This document shows positions 39,250-49,220 of a stretch of DNA of 64,000 nt, in pieces. The DNA is taken from assembly GCA_947258985.1 (NCBI GenBank), contig CAMYKI010000012.1, positions 43,392-107,391 of the forward strand. The letters are read 5' to 3'. The notes under the pieces are model-generated. The model was given only the letters and a program-made list of their open reading frames with translations, searched no databases and had not been told where the DNA came from. Within the stretch, counting starts at the first letter, position 1, and the number at the start of each line of letters is the position of its first letter. The DNA comes from an uncultured Acidimicrobiaceae bacterium (lineage in GTDB: Bacteria > Actinomycetota > Acidimicrobiia > Spongiisociales > UBA5794). The position numbers and the translations under genes are program-made.

Positions 39250-39277
39250 CATCGTCGGGAGTAGCGAAGGGCCCCCG

Positions 39278-39697
39278 ATGCATGAACTGGCGCTTGCAGA
39301 TGCAGTTATGAAAGCGGCCGTCCAGGCCGCCGACGACGCCGGCATGGCGCGGATCGACAAGCTTGTGGTGAAGGTGGGTGAGTTGCAGCAGATAGAGAAG
39401 GATCTGTTCGAGTTCTCCCTGGCGAACGTTCTCGCAGGTCAGGATCCCCGACTCCGGGAGGCAACATTCGACGTATCGCTGGAACCTGTGCGCTTCGAAT
39501 GCAATTCGTGTCATCACGGCTACGGAAGGCAGGACGTCTCGCTCGACGATGGTGACGGGGGAGAGGCGATTCACTTCATCCCCGAGTTGTCGCATGCGTT
39601 TGCCCGGTGTCCGAAATGCGGCAGCCCGGATTTCGAGATTCTGGCGGGCCGTGGCATAACGCTCGAACGGCTGGAGGGAAGCGGGCCGGATGAGTAA
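39278..39697 (+). CDS. hypA: Hydrogenase nickel incorporation protein HypA
   Basis: MHE N-terminus, GELQ, CNSC...CPKC zinc site, IHFIPELSHAF insert, DFEILAGRG. Confidence 0.95.
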   Translation: MHELALADAVMKAAVQAADDAGMARIDKLVVKVGELQQIEKDLFEFSLANVLAGQDPRLREATFDVSLEPVRFECNSCHHGYGRQDVSLDDGDGGEAIHFIPELSHAFARCPKCGSPDFEILAGRGITLERLEGSGPDE

Positions 39698-40436
39698 CTC
39701 GGTCGACCCGCGCCCATTTGCTATTGCCGACCGCCTCGCCGGAGTCGGCCGGATCGTTGGCGTGAGCGGTAGCAAGGGGGGGATCGGGAAGAGCGTCGTC
39801 GCCTCGACGATGGCGCTTGCGCTCGCCGATGCCGGGTCTCGCGTTGGCCTGTTCGATCTGGACTTCACGTCGCCAAGCGACCACGTCGTGCTGGGTGTTG
39901 AGCGGTCGTTTCCCGATGAGCAGTTCGGCATAGACCCTCACGAGGCCCACGGCGTGCAGATGATGTCGATCGCCTTCTTCGCAGGCGAGGCTGCTGTTCC
40001 GCTGCGCGGGGCAGCCACGACGAACGCTCTTCTGGAGTTGCTGGCGATTACCCGATGGGGTGATCTCGACGTGTTGATCCTCGATATGCCTCCCGGTCTT
40101 GGGGACACGAGTCTCGATGTCATCAACCTGCTGCCCCGGCTCGAGTTTCTACTCGTCGGCAATGGATCCCGGGTCGTCATCGAGAGTGTGCGCAGAGCCC
40201 TGTCGCTGCTGGCGGAACTCGATGTGCCGTTGGTGGGCCTCCTCGAGAACATACAGCGAGTGGCCGACGGCGCGGTGGCATCTCTTGCAGCAGAGTTCGA
40301 CGTTGCCTACCTCGGTCCGATCCCGTTTGATCCCGGCTTCGAGGCCGCGCTGGGCGACATCCGATTGCTGCGGGAGACCGCCGTGTACCGGGAGTTGGCA
40401 CGAATGCTGGCGCCGGGATTGCCGGCCACCAAGTAG
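39690..40436 (+). CDS. Mrp/MinD-type P-loop ATPase, probable ATPase-type HypB
   Basis: KGGIGKS, DLDFTSPSDHVVLG, PLRG, LLAITRWGDLDVLILDMPPGLGD; no Fe-S CxxC; overlaps hypA. Confidence 0.8.
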   Translation: MSNSVDPRPFAIADRLAGVGRIVGVSGSKGGIGKSVVASTMALALADAGSRVGLFDLDFTSPSDHVVLGVERSFPDEQFGIDPHEAHGVQMMSIAFFAGEAAVPLRGAATTNALLELLAITRWGDLDVLILDMPPGLGDTSLDVINLLPRLEFLLVGNGSRVVIESVRRALSLLAELDVPLVGLLENIQRVADGAVASLAAEFDVAYLGPIPFDPGFEAALGDIRLLRETAVYRELARMLAPGLPATK

Positions 40437-40493
40437 CACGCAGTCCCGAAGCCGAAGGGGCTACGGTTGCGAAGACCGACGACGGAGGATGCG

Positions 40494-41186
40494 TTGAAGA
40501 CAATCGGCTTGCTCGGCGGCATGAGCTGGGAATCGTCTGTCGAATACGAGCGCATCATCAACACCGAGGTACGGAACCGTCTTGGCGGAGTCCATTCCGC
40601 CGACCTGATCGTTCGTTCGTACGACTTCGATGCGATCGAGAAGCTCCAGGCGGCCGGAGATTGGGATGGTGCGGGTGAGCTGCTTGCCGCCGACGCCCGC
40701 AGGCTCCAGGATGCCGGTGCCGAGATCCTCGTGCTGTGCACGAACACTATGCATCTGGTCGCTCCTGCCATCGAAGCCGCGACCGATGTTCCGTTCCTGC
40801 ACCTTGCGGACGCAACGGCCGCTGCAGTTATTGCCACCGGCATTGAGGCGGTGGCCCTGCTGGGAACACGTTTCACCATGGAAGAGGACTTCTACTCGGG
40901 TCGGCTCGAGTCGCACGGGCTTGAAGTGGTGGTGCCCGAGGCCGCAAACCGCACGGTCATCAACGACGTCATCTACAACGAGCTCGTGCAGGGCCAGATT
41001 CGTGACGAATCACGAGACCGTTACCTGGAGGTCATCGACAGGCTCGTTGTTGCCGGGGCGCAAGGCGTCATTGCCGGCTGCACCGAGATCGAACTGCTGG
41101 TTACGCCCGATGCCGTGACCATTCCCTACTTCCCTACAACGCGGATCCATGCCATGGCGGCCGTCGAGGCAGCGCTGGCCGGCTAG
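40494..41186 (+). CDS. Aspartate/glutamate racemase family protein
   Basis: KTIGLLGGMSWES, LCTNTMH, LGTRFTME, AGCTEI. Confidence 0.93.
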   Translation: MKTIGLLGGMSWESSVEYERIINTEVRNRLGGVHSADLIVRSYDFDAIEKLQAAGDWDGAGELLAADARRLQDAGAEILVLCTNTMHLVAPAIEAATDVPFLHLADATAAAVIATGIEAVALLGTRFTMEEDFYSGRLESHGLEVVVPEAANRTVINDVIYNELVQGQIRDESRDRYLEVIDRLVVAGAQGVIAGCTEIELLVTPDAVTIPYFPTTRIHAMAAVEAALAG

Positions 41187-41386
41187 CAACCGACGCCCGA
41201 GCACCCCGTCGACGGCAAGGTGGCGATCGGTGTTCCATGGCCGCCGGCGACGTGAGTGTCGCCCCGGTCTCCTGGAGCATTCCGCCGACTTCGTTGGGAT
41301 CGCCTCCTGCGGTGTCGAGCCTCTTGCCAAGACGCTTCATTTGAGTAGCAACGACACCGAAGTCCTCGGCGATCCTGCCGAACCCC

Positions 41387-41812
41387 TCATTTCCTTTCGT
41401 GGCTCAAGATGACGACCGGAATCTCCCGGTCAGTACGAGACTCGTACGCCTGATATCCGTCGTACGCGGCAAGGACTTCCGGCCAGAGCCGCTTCCTACG
41501 TTCCGCCCCGGCCGTTGTTGCGCTTACGGAGGAACGTCGACCATTGATTTGGGCGATCGCTCTGGGTTCGGCCTGCAGATTGAGATACCACTCGGGGTGC
41601 CGGTCGCGACCACCCCACGACGCTATGACGACGAGGTCCTGCCCATCACGCAGGTAGAGCAACGGGACTGTGTGCGTCCTGCCGGTGTGTCTCCCGGCGG
41701 TCGAGAGAAGCAAGATGTCGTTGTCCACCAGCCTGCGACCGATCCTGCCCCGGGTCGTCCTGTAGAGGAGCGTGTGCAGGGTGGAAAGATGTCTGGCTGT
41801 CCGGTCGCGCAT
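41387..41812 (-). CDS. Deazaflavin (F420)-dependent nitroreductase family protein
   Basis: LLLSTAGRHTG, VIASWGG...HPEWYLNL, YESRTDREIPVV. Confidence 0.9.
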   Translation of the reverse strand: MRDRTARHLSTLHTLLYRTTRGRIGRRLVDNDILLLSTAGRHTGRTHTVPLLYLRDGQDLVVIASWGGRDRHPEWYLNLQAEPRAIAQINGRRSSVSATTAGAERRKRLWPEVLAAYDGYQAYESRTDREIPVVILSHERK

Positions 41813-41901
41813 TCCGGCAGCCTAGGTGGCCTGATATTCCACAACTGGTCCGCAATGTCGACACGGGGTCAGATACGGGTGGCATCTTCTACCATGCAGG
41901 G

Positions 41902-42315
41902 GTGTCTGTCGATGATGTTGTGCGAGCGGTCGCCGAGTCTGCGCTGAGCGTGGACGAACGGCTGGGTTTCCTCGAGCTATGCGAAGCGCGCAGCGCCGAG
42001 GAGTTGCTGGCCGACCGGGATCGGGTCGAGGCGCATCGCCGATCGATCGAATCCGCGGTCGGGTCCGGTGCGGATATCGAAGGCGAGCTGGCCGATCGCA
42101 TCGCCCATGCGCTTGGGTTCTTGCTCACCGACGCCGCGCGGTGGTCGTTTGTCGAGCGTCGGGTTCTTGCGGGAGCCGTCGAGTACTTCATCCAGAGCGA
42201 CGATGCAGACGGCGACTTGCGGTCGGACCACGGTCTCGAGGACGACGCCCGTGTTGTCGCCGCAGTCTGTGACGCACTGGATCGCAACGACCTCGCTACC
42301 CGCCTCAGGCCGTAG
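41902..42315 (+). CDS. Hypothetical protein (DUF1232/YkvA-like)
   Basis: GAVEYFIQSDDA...GLEDDARV; TACCAT -10 six nt before GTG. Confidence 0.6.
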   Translation: MSVDDVVRAVAESALSVDERLGFLELCEARSAEELLADRDRVEAHRRSIESAVGSGADIEGELADRIAHALGFLLTDAARWSFVERRVLAGAVEYFIQSDDADGDLRSDHGLEDDARVVAAVCDALDRNDLATRLRP

Positions 42316-42318
42316 CGC

Positions 42319-42446
42319 CCCCTCCCCCCTTCCGGCGTACAGCCTGCCGGGATACCGGCACCATCAACGCAAGAACCAAAAGGAGCTACCCCTCCCTCCT
42401 TCCGGCGTACAGCCTGCCGGGATACCGGCAGCATCTACGCAAGAAC
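42319..42446. repeat. Two tandem copies (70-bp period) of the REP-like palindrome between convergent genes
   Basis: CTTCCGGCGTACAGCCTGCCGGGATACCGGCA(C/G)CATC(A/T)ACGCAAGAAC at 42329-42376 and 42399-42446. Confidence 0.85.
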
Positions 42447-42467
42447 GGGAGGGGTGGGGAATGGGGG

Positions 42468-42953
42468 TTAGATAATCTTGTCGTCCGTCCCCGCCACCTG
42501 GCGCAGGATCTCTGTCTGCCCCGTGTGATAGGTGTCGTGGAAGTAATCGAAGTGGAGTAGGGCTGCTCGGGTGATTGTGCGACCGTCCTCCTCGAGTTCG
42601 GTGGCAAACACCTCGTCATCCATCTGCCCGAGCGATCGGTCGATGGCCTCCTGACTGCTCTCGATGGCGGAGACCAAATGGTCCAACGACAGCACGCCGG
42701 GCCCATCCTGCTCTATGGGTTCCGATTCGCGCCGGTACCGATCGAGCTCTCCGGACTCGAATTGAGGGGATGCTCCGCTTCTTGTCAATACCCGATCGCG
42801 ATACACCAGGATGTGGCCGAGAGTCCAGTTGAGGCAGTTGATGTTGTACGGAGTCTGCAAGAGCGAATCGGTGTGAGAGAGGCCCGCGGTCTGCATAGTC
42901 AGGATTGCGGTATTGCGGCCGAATGCCTTGGCCAGTTGGGGTGCGTCGATCAT
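42468..42953 (-). CDS. DinB family protein
   Basis: NCLNWTLGHI and FHDTYHTGQ metal-binding His pattern. Confidence 0.88.
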   Translation of the reverse strand: MIDAPQLAKAFGRNTAILTMQTAGLSHTDSLLQTPYNINCLNWTLGHILVYRDRVLTRSGASPQFESGELDRYRRESEPIEQDGPGVLSLDHLVSAIESSQEAIDRSLGQMDDEVFATELEEDGRTITRAALLHFDYFHDTYHTGQTEILRQVAGTDDKII

Positions 42954-42982
42954 GGGATCTACCTCCAGGTCCGGGGGCTAGG

Positions 42983-44434
42983 TCAGCGTCGCCATAGCTC
43001 TCTGGTGAACAGAAGGATGACCGGGAAGATTTCCAGCCGTCCGACAATCATCAAGAACGAAAGCAGCCACTTTCCGGCATCGGGGACTAGGGCGTAATTG
43101 GAGGTGGGGCCGACCGCTCCCAAGCCCGGACCGACATTCCCGACGGAAGATGCAACCGCGGAAGCCGACGTGATGATATCGAAGCCTGCTCCTGCGATGT
43201 CGTTGATGATTCCGAATGCCAGCGTGCCCGTCATGAAGATGAACATGTAGAGCAGGAAGAAGGACTGTACCGACTGCACGATTTGATCGGGCACAACGTC
43301 CCTGCCGAGACGCACTACGAAGATGCCTTTCGGGTGGATGACTTTGCGGAGATCGGCTTTCGACGCCTGGTAGAGAACCCCAAGCCGATAGGGCTTCATC
43401 GACCCACCGGTCGAACCTGCCATACCGCCGACAAACATGAGACCCAGCACCATGATCTGCAGCGATGTCGGCCAGATCCCGAAGTCCGCTGTGCCGTATC
43501 CGGTGGTCGTCACGAGCGATGTGATGGTGAACAGGGAGTCGCGCAGTATGTCGACGATCGCGCCGGACCAGGTCCCAATGACCGCCACCAGGGTGGCGAC
43601 GATGATGATGCCGCCATAGAGCCGGAATTCAGCGTTCCGCAAGTAGTCCTTCGGCCGGGCAATCGACCTGAAATGCAGCGCAAAGGAGGCTCCGGCCAGA
43701 AACATGAAAACGATGACTACCCACTGGGCATACGGACTGAAAGCCGCCATCGAGCGGGCATCGGTTCCGAAGCCGCCCGTCGACATGGTCGTGAACGAGT
43801 GGGCGATGGCCTCGAACAGCGTCATGTCGCCGATCCACAGCAGCACGGCTTCGATCACGGTGAACGCCAGATAGACAAACCAGAGCCGCTTAGCGGTCTC
43901 GCGGAAACGGGGGGTCAGGCGATCCGGGGTCGGACCGGGCGACTCGGCCCGTGCCAGTTCAACACCACCCACACCAAGCAACGGCAGAATGGCGATCGAG
44001 AGGACGATGATCCCCATGCCTCCCAACCACTGCGACAGAGCCCTCCAAATCAGGACTCCTTTCGCCAGCTCTCCAGGGTCCGGGACTATGGAGGCTCCCG
44101 TGGTGGAGAACCCGGCAGCCGTCTCGAAGAAAGCGTCGCTGAAATCGGCGATGGCTCCCGAGAACAGGTAGGGCAAAGTGCCGAAGAACGTCATCGCGAT
44201 CCAGGCCAGGCCGACTATCGCAAAGCCTTCACGCGCCGTGAGTTGAGTGTTGTCAGACCTGCCGAAGTGCCACGCCCACCCGCCGGCACCGACGGTGACG
44301 AGGGCTGCCAGGGTCATCTGCCACGCATCGCCGAACTCGCGGTAGATAAGGGCAGTGACAACGGGAACGAGCATCGCAACACCGACGGCTCCGACGACCG
44401 CTCCAATGACCCTAAGAAGACGGCGGATCGACAT
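42983..44434 (-). CDS. trkH: Trk potassium uptake membrane protein
   Basis: FETAAGFSTTGAS, QWLGGMGII, STGGF, TTTGYG, GMAGSTGGS, GNVGPG, GRLEIF. Confidence 0.95.
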   Translation of the reverse strand: MSIRRLLRVIGAVVGAVGVAMLVPVVTALIYREFGDAWQMTLAALVTVGAGGWAWHFGRSDNTQLTAREGFAIVGLAWIAMTFFGTLPYLFSGAIADFSDAFFETAAGFSTTGASIVPDPGELAKGVLIWRALSQWLGGMGIIVLSIAILPLLGVGGVELARAESPGPTPDRLTPRFRETAKRLWFVYLAFTVIEAVLLWIGDMTLFEAIAHSFTTMSTGGFGTDARSMAAFSPYAQWVVIVFMFLAGASFALHFRSIARPKDYLRNAEFRLYGGIIIVATLVAVIGTWSGAIVDILRDSLFTITSLVTTTGYGTADFGIWPTSLQIMVLGLMFVGGMAGSTGGSMKPYRLGVLYQASKADLRKVIHPKGIFVVRLGRDVVPDQIVQSVQSFFLLYMFIFMTGTLAFGIINDIAGAGFDIITSASAVASSVGNVGPGLGAVGPTSNYALVPDAGKWLLSFLMIVGRLEIFPVILLFTRELWRR

Positions 44435-45762
44435 CAGCCGGAGAGTTCGCCGACAAGTTGGATGGCGTCGGGAGTTGCGATGACTATCAGTCGGTCACCT
44501 TCTTCGATCTTGGTCTGGCCTCGTGGCACGAACGCCTTCTTGCCCCGGATGATGCCTCCAACGATCACATCGCTAGGCAACTCCATTTCACGCAACGTCT
44601 TGCCGACGATATCGCTCGATTCGGCCACCTCGACTTCGAGAGCCTCTGCTTCGCTGTCCTGGAAGGTGACAACTGAGTGGATCCGGCCCCTGCGCACAAA
44701 CCGGAGGATTTCGTTTGCCGCAGACAACCGGGACGAAACCGCTCCGTCGATGCCGACGCCGGCCAGCAGGTTCACGAGGTCGAGACGGTGGAATCTGGAG
44801 ACCGCAGTTGGAATCCCAACGGCCTTTGCCACAAGGGAACCGAGGATGTTGATTTCGTCCCAGCCGGTGAGCGCGAGAGCGGCATCTGCCGTGTCCAGAC
44901 CTTCGCTGTGGAACAGTTTCGGATCCGTGGGGTCTCCGCATACCGCCACCACCCTGGGGTTCTCGGTGGCAATATGGCGTACACGATCCGGATCGGGATC
45001 GACGAGGACTGTTTGGATGTTCTGGCTGCAAAGCCGCTTTGCAGTTAGCTCGGCGACCCGAGTAGAGCCAAAGATCACCACCTTGCGAGCGGGGTCGAGG
45101 TGCAGCCCCAACATGTCGAGAGCGGCATCGGCCTTGTCGGTCTCGACCATGCACAACACGTGGTCACCGGGCAGGATCCTGGTGCCGCCGCGGGCGATGA
45201 TGGTCTCGCCGTGTCGGATGATTGCCGCAACCAGCCACGACCACCCCTCCACCATGCCGCGCAGCTCCGTCAACGCCAGGCCGGCCGCCGGTGCGTCCGG
45301 GCCGATGTAGCCGCCGATCAGTTCGAGCTTGCCGTCGGCGAACTCTCGCACCTCAGACACTCCACGCTGGCGCACGAGGAGTTCGAGTTCCCGGGCGGTT
45401 GCATCGCCGGGGTCGATCAGCAGGTCGACGCCAAGAGCCGCCGCACCGGAGCGCAGCTGAGGATCCTCGACACGGGCGATCCTGCGCGGTGTCCCGATCT
45501 TGGCGGCGGCGTGGGCGGAGAGCACGTTCACCGCATCTGAGGAAGTAACGGCGATAAAGAGGTCGGCTCGGTCCGCCCCGGCTTGCTCGAGCACTTCCTG
45601 GCTAGACCCGTTGCCGTGGATGACGAGGCAGTCGATCTGCTCCTGGACATCCTGAGCGGTGGCGGGGTTGGATTCGACGACTACGACGTCCTGGCCCTCT
45701 ACCGAGAGCCGCTCGGCGAGGTGCGAACCCACGGCCCCGGCCCCAATTACAACAATGCGCAT
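44434..45762 (-). CDS. trkA: Trk potassium uptake NAD-binding protein
   Basis: IGAGAVG, two RCK N/C domain pairs; coupled to trkH. Confidence 0.93.
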   Translation of the reverse strand: MRIVVIGAGAVGSHLAERLSVEGQDVVVVESNPATAQDVQEQIDCLVIHGNGSSQEVLEQAGADRADLFIAVTSSDAVNVLSAHAAAKIGTPRRIARVEDPQLRSGAAALGVDLLIDPGDATARELELLVRQRGVSEVREFADGKLELIGGYIGPDAPAAGLALTELRGMVEGWSWLVAAIIRHGETIIARGGTRILPGDHVLCMVETDKADAALDMLGLHLDPARKVVIFGSTRVAELTAKRLCSQNIQTVLVDPDPDRVRHIATENPRVVAVCGDPTDPKLFHSEGLDTADAALALTGWDEINILGSLVAKAVGIPTAVSRFHRLDLVNLLAGVGIDGAVSSRLSAANEILRFVRRGRIHSVVTFQDSEAEALEVEVAESSDIVGKTLREMELPSDVIVGGIIRGKKAFVPRGQTKIEEGDRLIVIATPDAIQLVGELSG

Positions 45763-45830
45763 AAGTGCCTGTCCGTTCTGCGGCCTCTCAGGATAATCGT
45801 CCCGGACGGCCCTCCACAGATCGGGGGAGC

Positions 45831-47096
45831 CTATCCCCCGGAGGCCTGCACGATCGCATGAATGATGAGCCCGACCAGTCCGCCGACCAGAGTCCCGTTG
45901 ATTCGAATGAACTGGAGATCCCTACCTACCTGCAGCTCGAGCCGACGGCTTGTTTCGTCGGCATCCCAGCGTTCCACGGTCGTGGCAATGAGGGAGGCCA
46001 CCTCAGAACCGGATCTCTCTGCCAGATGTGCGGCGAGGTTCCCCACCCAGGCGTCGACGGTCCGGCGGAGTTCCGGATCCGTGCGGAGTCTCTCTCCGGT
46101 GGTGAGGGCGATCTGCTCGAGGCGGCGTCGCAGATCCGAGTCCGGATCCTCAGCTGCGGTGACCAGGCTCGCCTTCAGGCCGTCCCAGATGCCGTCGGTC
46201 CACTCTCGGAAATCTGGATGTTCGAGTATCTGCTTCTTGATTGCCTCCCCCCGCCTCTGCATTTCGTCCGAGGTCTTCAGTTCAAGGGCGGCGTTCTGCA
46301 ACCGCTCATTGAGGATGCGCCGGATTTCGTGGTCGGGGTTGTTGGTGACCTCACCGACAAAGCGCAGCAGGCTGACATAGAGCTTGTCGAATACGGCGTC
46401 GTCTACCGGTTCGGGAACCCACCAAGGCGATTCCTCTCTTATCCGGCTGCGCAGGAGCTCCCGGTTGTCGGATATGGCGTTGCTAAGGCCCCGAAGCCCG
46501 GCGGTCACGAGCGCCTCGTGTTGGCCACCCTCAATCGCCCGGTCGATGATCGATCCGAGCAGCGGAGCAGCGTCGATCGCCGCGATGCGGGCCGCAACGA
46601 CGTCGCGTACGCTTTCCTGGATCTCTTCATCCCTCATCGTTTCGGCAACAGCAGCGATCACTCCTGCTGTTTGGCGGGCGGCTGCCGCGGCGTTCTCCGG
46701 CTGGCCCAGCCATTCACCAAGCCGGCCTGCCGGATCTGCTTCCTGGATTCTCTCGACGAGAGATTCGGGGTTCATGAAGTTCCTGTGGACGAAATCTCCC
46801 AGACCCTTGCCGATTGCATCCTTGCCCTTCGGAATAAGCGCGGTATGAGGGATGGGGATGCCCAGGGGATGCCGGAACAGAGCTGTAACGGCGAACCAGT
46901 CGGCAACCCCGCCGATCATGGCGGCCTCGGACGCAGCACGCACATACCCTGCCCAACCCGTTCCGTCGGTGAAAGCGAAAGTGGCGATGAATATGGCCGC
47001 GGCGAGTACGAGTAGCCCCGCGGCGTTCCTCTTCATAGTGCGGAGGCGCCGGGCTCGTGTCTCGTCGAACGATGCCAGAAGATCCGGTGTGCTCAT
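45831..47096 (-). CDS. DUF445 family membrane protein
   Basis: EAAMIGGVADWFAVTALFRHPLGIPIPHTA and VGRDLQFIRINGTLVGG. Confidence 0.92.
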   Translation of the reverse strand: MSTPDLLASFDETRARRLRTMKRNAAGLLVLAAAIFIATFAFTDGTGWAGYVRAASEAAMIGGVADWFAVTALFRHPLGIPIPHTALIPKGKDAIGKGLGDFVHRNFMNPESLVERIQEADPAGRLGEWLGQPENAAAAARQTAGVIAAVAETMRDEEIQESVRDVVAARIAAIDAAPLLGSIIDRAIEGGQHEALVTAGLRGLSNAISDNRELLRSRIREESPWWVPEPVDDAVFDKLYVSLLRFVGEVTNNPDHEIRRILNERLQNAALELKTSDEMQRRGEAIKKQILEHPDFREWTDGIWDGLKASLVTAAEDPDSDLRRRLEQIALTTGERLRTDPELRRTVDAWVGNLAAHLAERSGSEVASLIATTVERWDADETSRRLELQVGRDLQFIRINGTLVGGLVGLIIHAIVQASGG

Positions 47097-47214
47097 CAAC
47101 AGCCAGAGTAGGGAATCCCTGCTCTAGCTTTGACCCCTTCGGCACCAGCGAGTTCCGCTGAGAGCGCATGATGATCCGTGGTTAAGGTGGCGGCTTGCTC
47201 GAGCGGATGGGTCC

Positions 47215-47913
47215 ATGGAAAATGCAGCGACGCGGTCCGGTCTGAGGGACGGCGGGCGCGTCGTGTTACCTCTCCTGCTCGCCATCGTGCCCTTTGGCCT
47301 CGTTCTCGGGGTGACCGCCGCCGCTTCCGAGGTGGTCGGTGGAACACTCGGCATCGCTACCTCGTTCATCATCTTTGCCGGCGCCGCGCAGTTGGTGACC
47401 GTGCAGTTGCTCGATGCCGGAAGCAGCCTGGTTGTCATCGTGGTGACGGCACTCATCGTGAACGTTCGCCACCTGATGTACAGCGCGGCGATGGCTCCCC
47501 ACTTCAGCGAGTTTCCCCGTCGATCCCGGTACGTTCTTCCGTACCTGCTCACCGATCAGGCGTTCGCGGTGTCGATGCTTCGCTACGAGACAACGGAGGA
47601 CCCTGAGTACAAGCGGTGGTACTTCATCGGTAGCGGGATGACGCTGTGGGTGTCGTGGCAACTGTCCACGATCGCCGGAGTAGCTCTCGGCGCTCAGATT
47701 CCCGAATCGCTAGGTCTTGACTTTGCGATCCCTCTTGTGTTCCTAGTGCTCTTGATCCCGGCCGTGCAGACCCGCCCCGGGCTGGTGGCGGCGATCTTCG
47801 GTGGCTTGATCGCGGTTGCAGCTTCGGGGGCGCCGTACAGTCTCGGCCTGGTGATCGGCGCACTTTCGGGCGTCGCCGCCGGGGTGGCCGCCGAACGACT
47901 GGCGGAACGCTGA
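47215..47913 (+). CDS. azlC: AzlC family branched-chain amino acid exporter
   Basis: IFAGAAQL, VNVRHLMYSA, LLTDQAFA, GLDFA. Confidence 0.9.
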   Translation: MENAATRSGLRDGGRVVLPLLLAIVPFGLVLGVTAAASEVVGGTLGIATSFIIFAGAAQLVTVQLLDAGSSLVVIVVTALIVNVRHLMYSAAMAPHFSEFPRRSRYVLPYLLTDQAFAVSMLRYETTEDPEYKRWYFIGSGMTLWVSWQLSTIAGVALGAQIPESLGLDFAIPLVFLVLLIPAVQTRPGLVAAIFGGLIAVAASGAPYSLGLVIGALSGVAAGVAAERLAER

Positions 47914-48224
47914 TGTGGGGCGCCGTCATCGTTATCGGGCTCGGAACCTACCTGACCCGGCTGTCCTTCATCGGGGCGTTCGGCGAACGGCAGATGCCGC
48001 CCTGGTTGGGGCGTCCGCTCCGGTACGTGGCGCCTGCGGTCCTCGGAGCGATTGTGTTGCCGGCGGTCGTTATGCCGGACGGAGTGGTTGACTTTTCTCC
48101 CGCCACAAACCCGCGCTTTGTCGCCGGGCTGATCGCCATGGCGGTTGCGATTCGGTTTCGCAACGTCACCGTTGTGATAGCGGTCGGCATGGCAGCATTG
48201 TGGATACTCGACGCGCTTCTGTAG
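47913..48224 (+). CDS. azlD: AzlD family protein
   Basis: GTYLTRLSF, LRYVAPAVL; coupled to azlC. Confidence 0.88.
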   Translation: MWGAVIVIGLGTYLTRLSFIGAFGERQMPPWLGRPLRYVAPAVLGAIVLPAVVMPDGVVDFSPATNPRFVAGLIAMAVAIRFRNVTVVIAVGMAALWILDALL

Positions 48225-48467
48225 CCCGGCGCTGGGCAGCGAGAGCTTCGGTGCGCCCGCTCCCGTCGGGAACCCCGTTGGCTGGACCCGGCATTCGCCA
48301 TCGCTGCGCTCCTCATAGCTCTCGGCTCGGCGATCACCGGTGCGATGCCGCGCATGCTGAAGAGAGGACTGCCGGCCAGTCAAAGCGCCACCTTGGCCGA
48401 TCGATTGGATTGCTCCCCGACGCCTGCCAAGCTGTGGTCGGTATTCGTCGCTGTCGGGAGAGGGACA

Positions 48468-49220
48468 TTGAAGAAGATCGTCGATTGGATATTCACCATC
48501 CCCTTCCTCATCACGTTCGGTCTGACTCTCGCCGTCTTCGAGCCGATAGCCCGCGTCGCTCGCCTTTTCGGCCTCCGTCCCATGGAGGTCACCATGGGGG
48601 TGATGCAGCGCATTCTCCTGGTTGTCTTCCGCATCGGAGGGACCAGCCTGCGGGTCGACAGGTCTCCGCTGGTCCTACCGTCTACCGCCTACATCCTGGT
48701 GTCGAATCACCAGAGCCTGTTCGACATCCCAATCTTCGGGGGGCTGCTATTCAGCAACTACCCGAAGTACGTGTCGAAGCGAGAGCTGGGGAGATGGCTT
48801 CCATCGATCTCATTCAATCTGACGCACGGCGGGAATGCACTGATCGACCGCGGAGACCCCGTGCAAGCGCGTCAAGCTATCCGGGAACTTGCGGTGACGT
48901 CAGCGGCACGTGATGTTGCCGTTGTCATTTTCCCCGAGGGGACGCGTTCACGGGATGGTCGTCTCAAGCCCTTTCGCACCGGCGGGCTGAAGGAACTGCT
49001 CGACGCTGCCCCCGACCTACCCGTTATCCCCACGACTGTCGACGGCGCGTGGAAGTTGCTCCGCAACAACCTATTCCCGGTCCCTTTCGGTACGACGGTC
49101 CGTGTTCGCTTCTCGGATCCGCTGGCGCGCAATGTTGGAGAGGACTACGAGGAGCTGATCGCCCGGGCCCGCGATGTGATAGAGGGAACGCTCCTCGAGT
49201 GGAGAGCCATCGATGTTTGA
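48468..49220 (+). CDS. Lysophospholipid acyltransferase (PlsC family)
   Basis: NHQSLFD, IDRGD, IFPEGTRSRDG; probable TTG start after GGAGAGG. Confidence 0.9.
   Translation: MKKIVDWIFTIPFLITFGLTLAVFEPIARVARLFGLRPMEVTMGVMQRILLVVFRIGGTSLRVDRSPLVLPSTAYILVSNHQSLFDIPIFGGLLFSNYPKYVSKRELGRWLPSISFNLTHGGNALIDRGDPVQARQAIRELAVTSAARDVAVVIFPEGTRSRDGRLKPFRTGGLKELLDAAPDLPVIPTTVDGAWKLLRNNLFPVPFGTTVRVRFSDPLARNVGEDYEELIARARDVIEGTLLEWRAIDV

Noticed and set aside
39690-40436. Annotation as ApbC/Nbp35 Fe-S carrier
   Set aside because: Lacks the conserved CxxC and is coupled to hypA; ATPase-type HypB fits better
41134-41390. Small minus-strand ORF after the nitroreductase
   Set aside because: No recognisable motif and it overlaps the racemase end; at most a remnant
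42319-42446. Direct repeat as a mini-CRISPR
   Set aside because: Only two ~58-bp units with a ~12-bp spacer, no cas genes, and dispersed copies elsewhere; REP-like instead
43283-45310. 675-aa plus-strand ORF and similar long antisense ORFs (e.g. 18789..20204, 45765..47015)
   Set aside because: Antisense to well-supported genes with no recognisable motifs; expected in high-GC DNA
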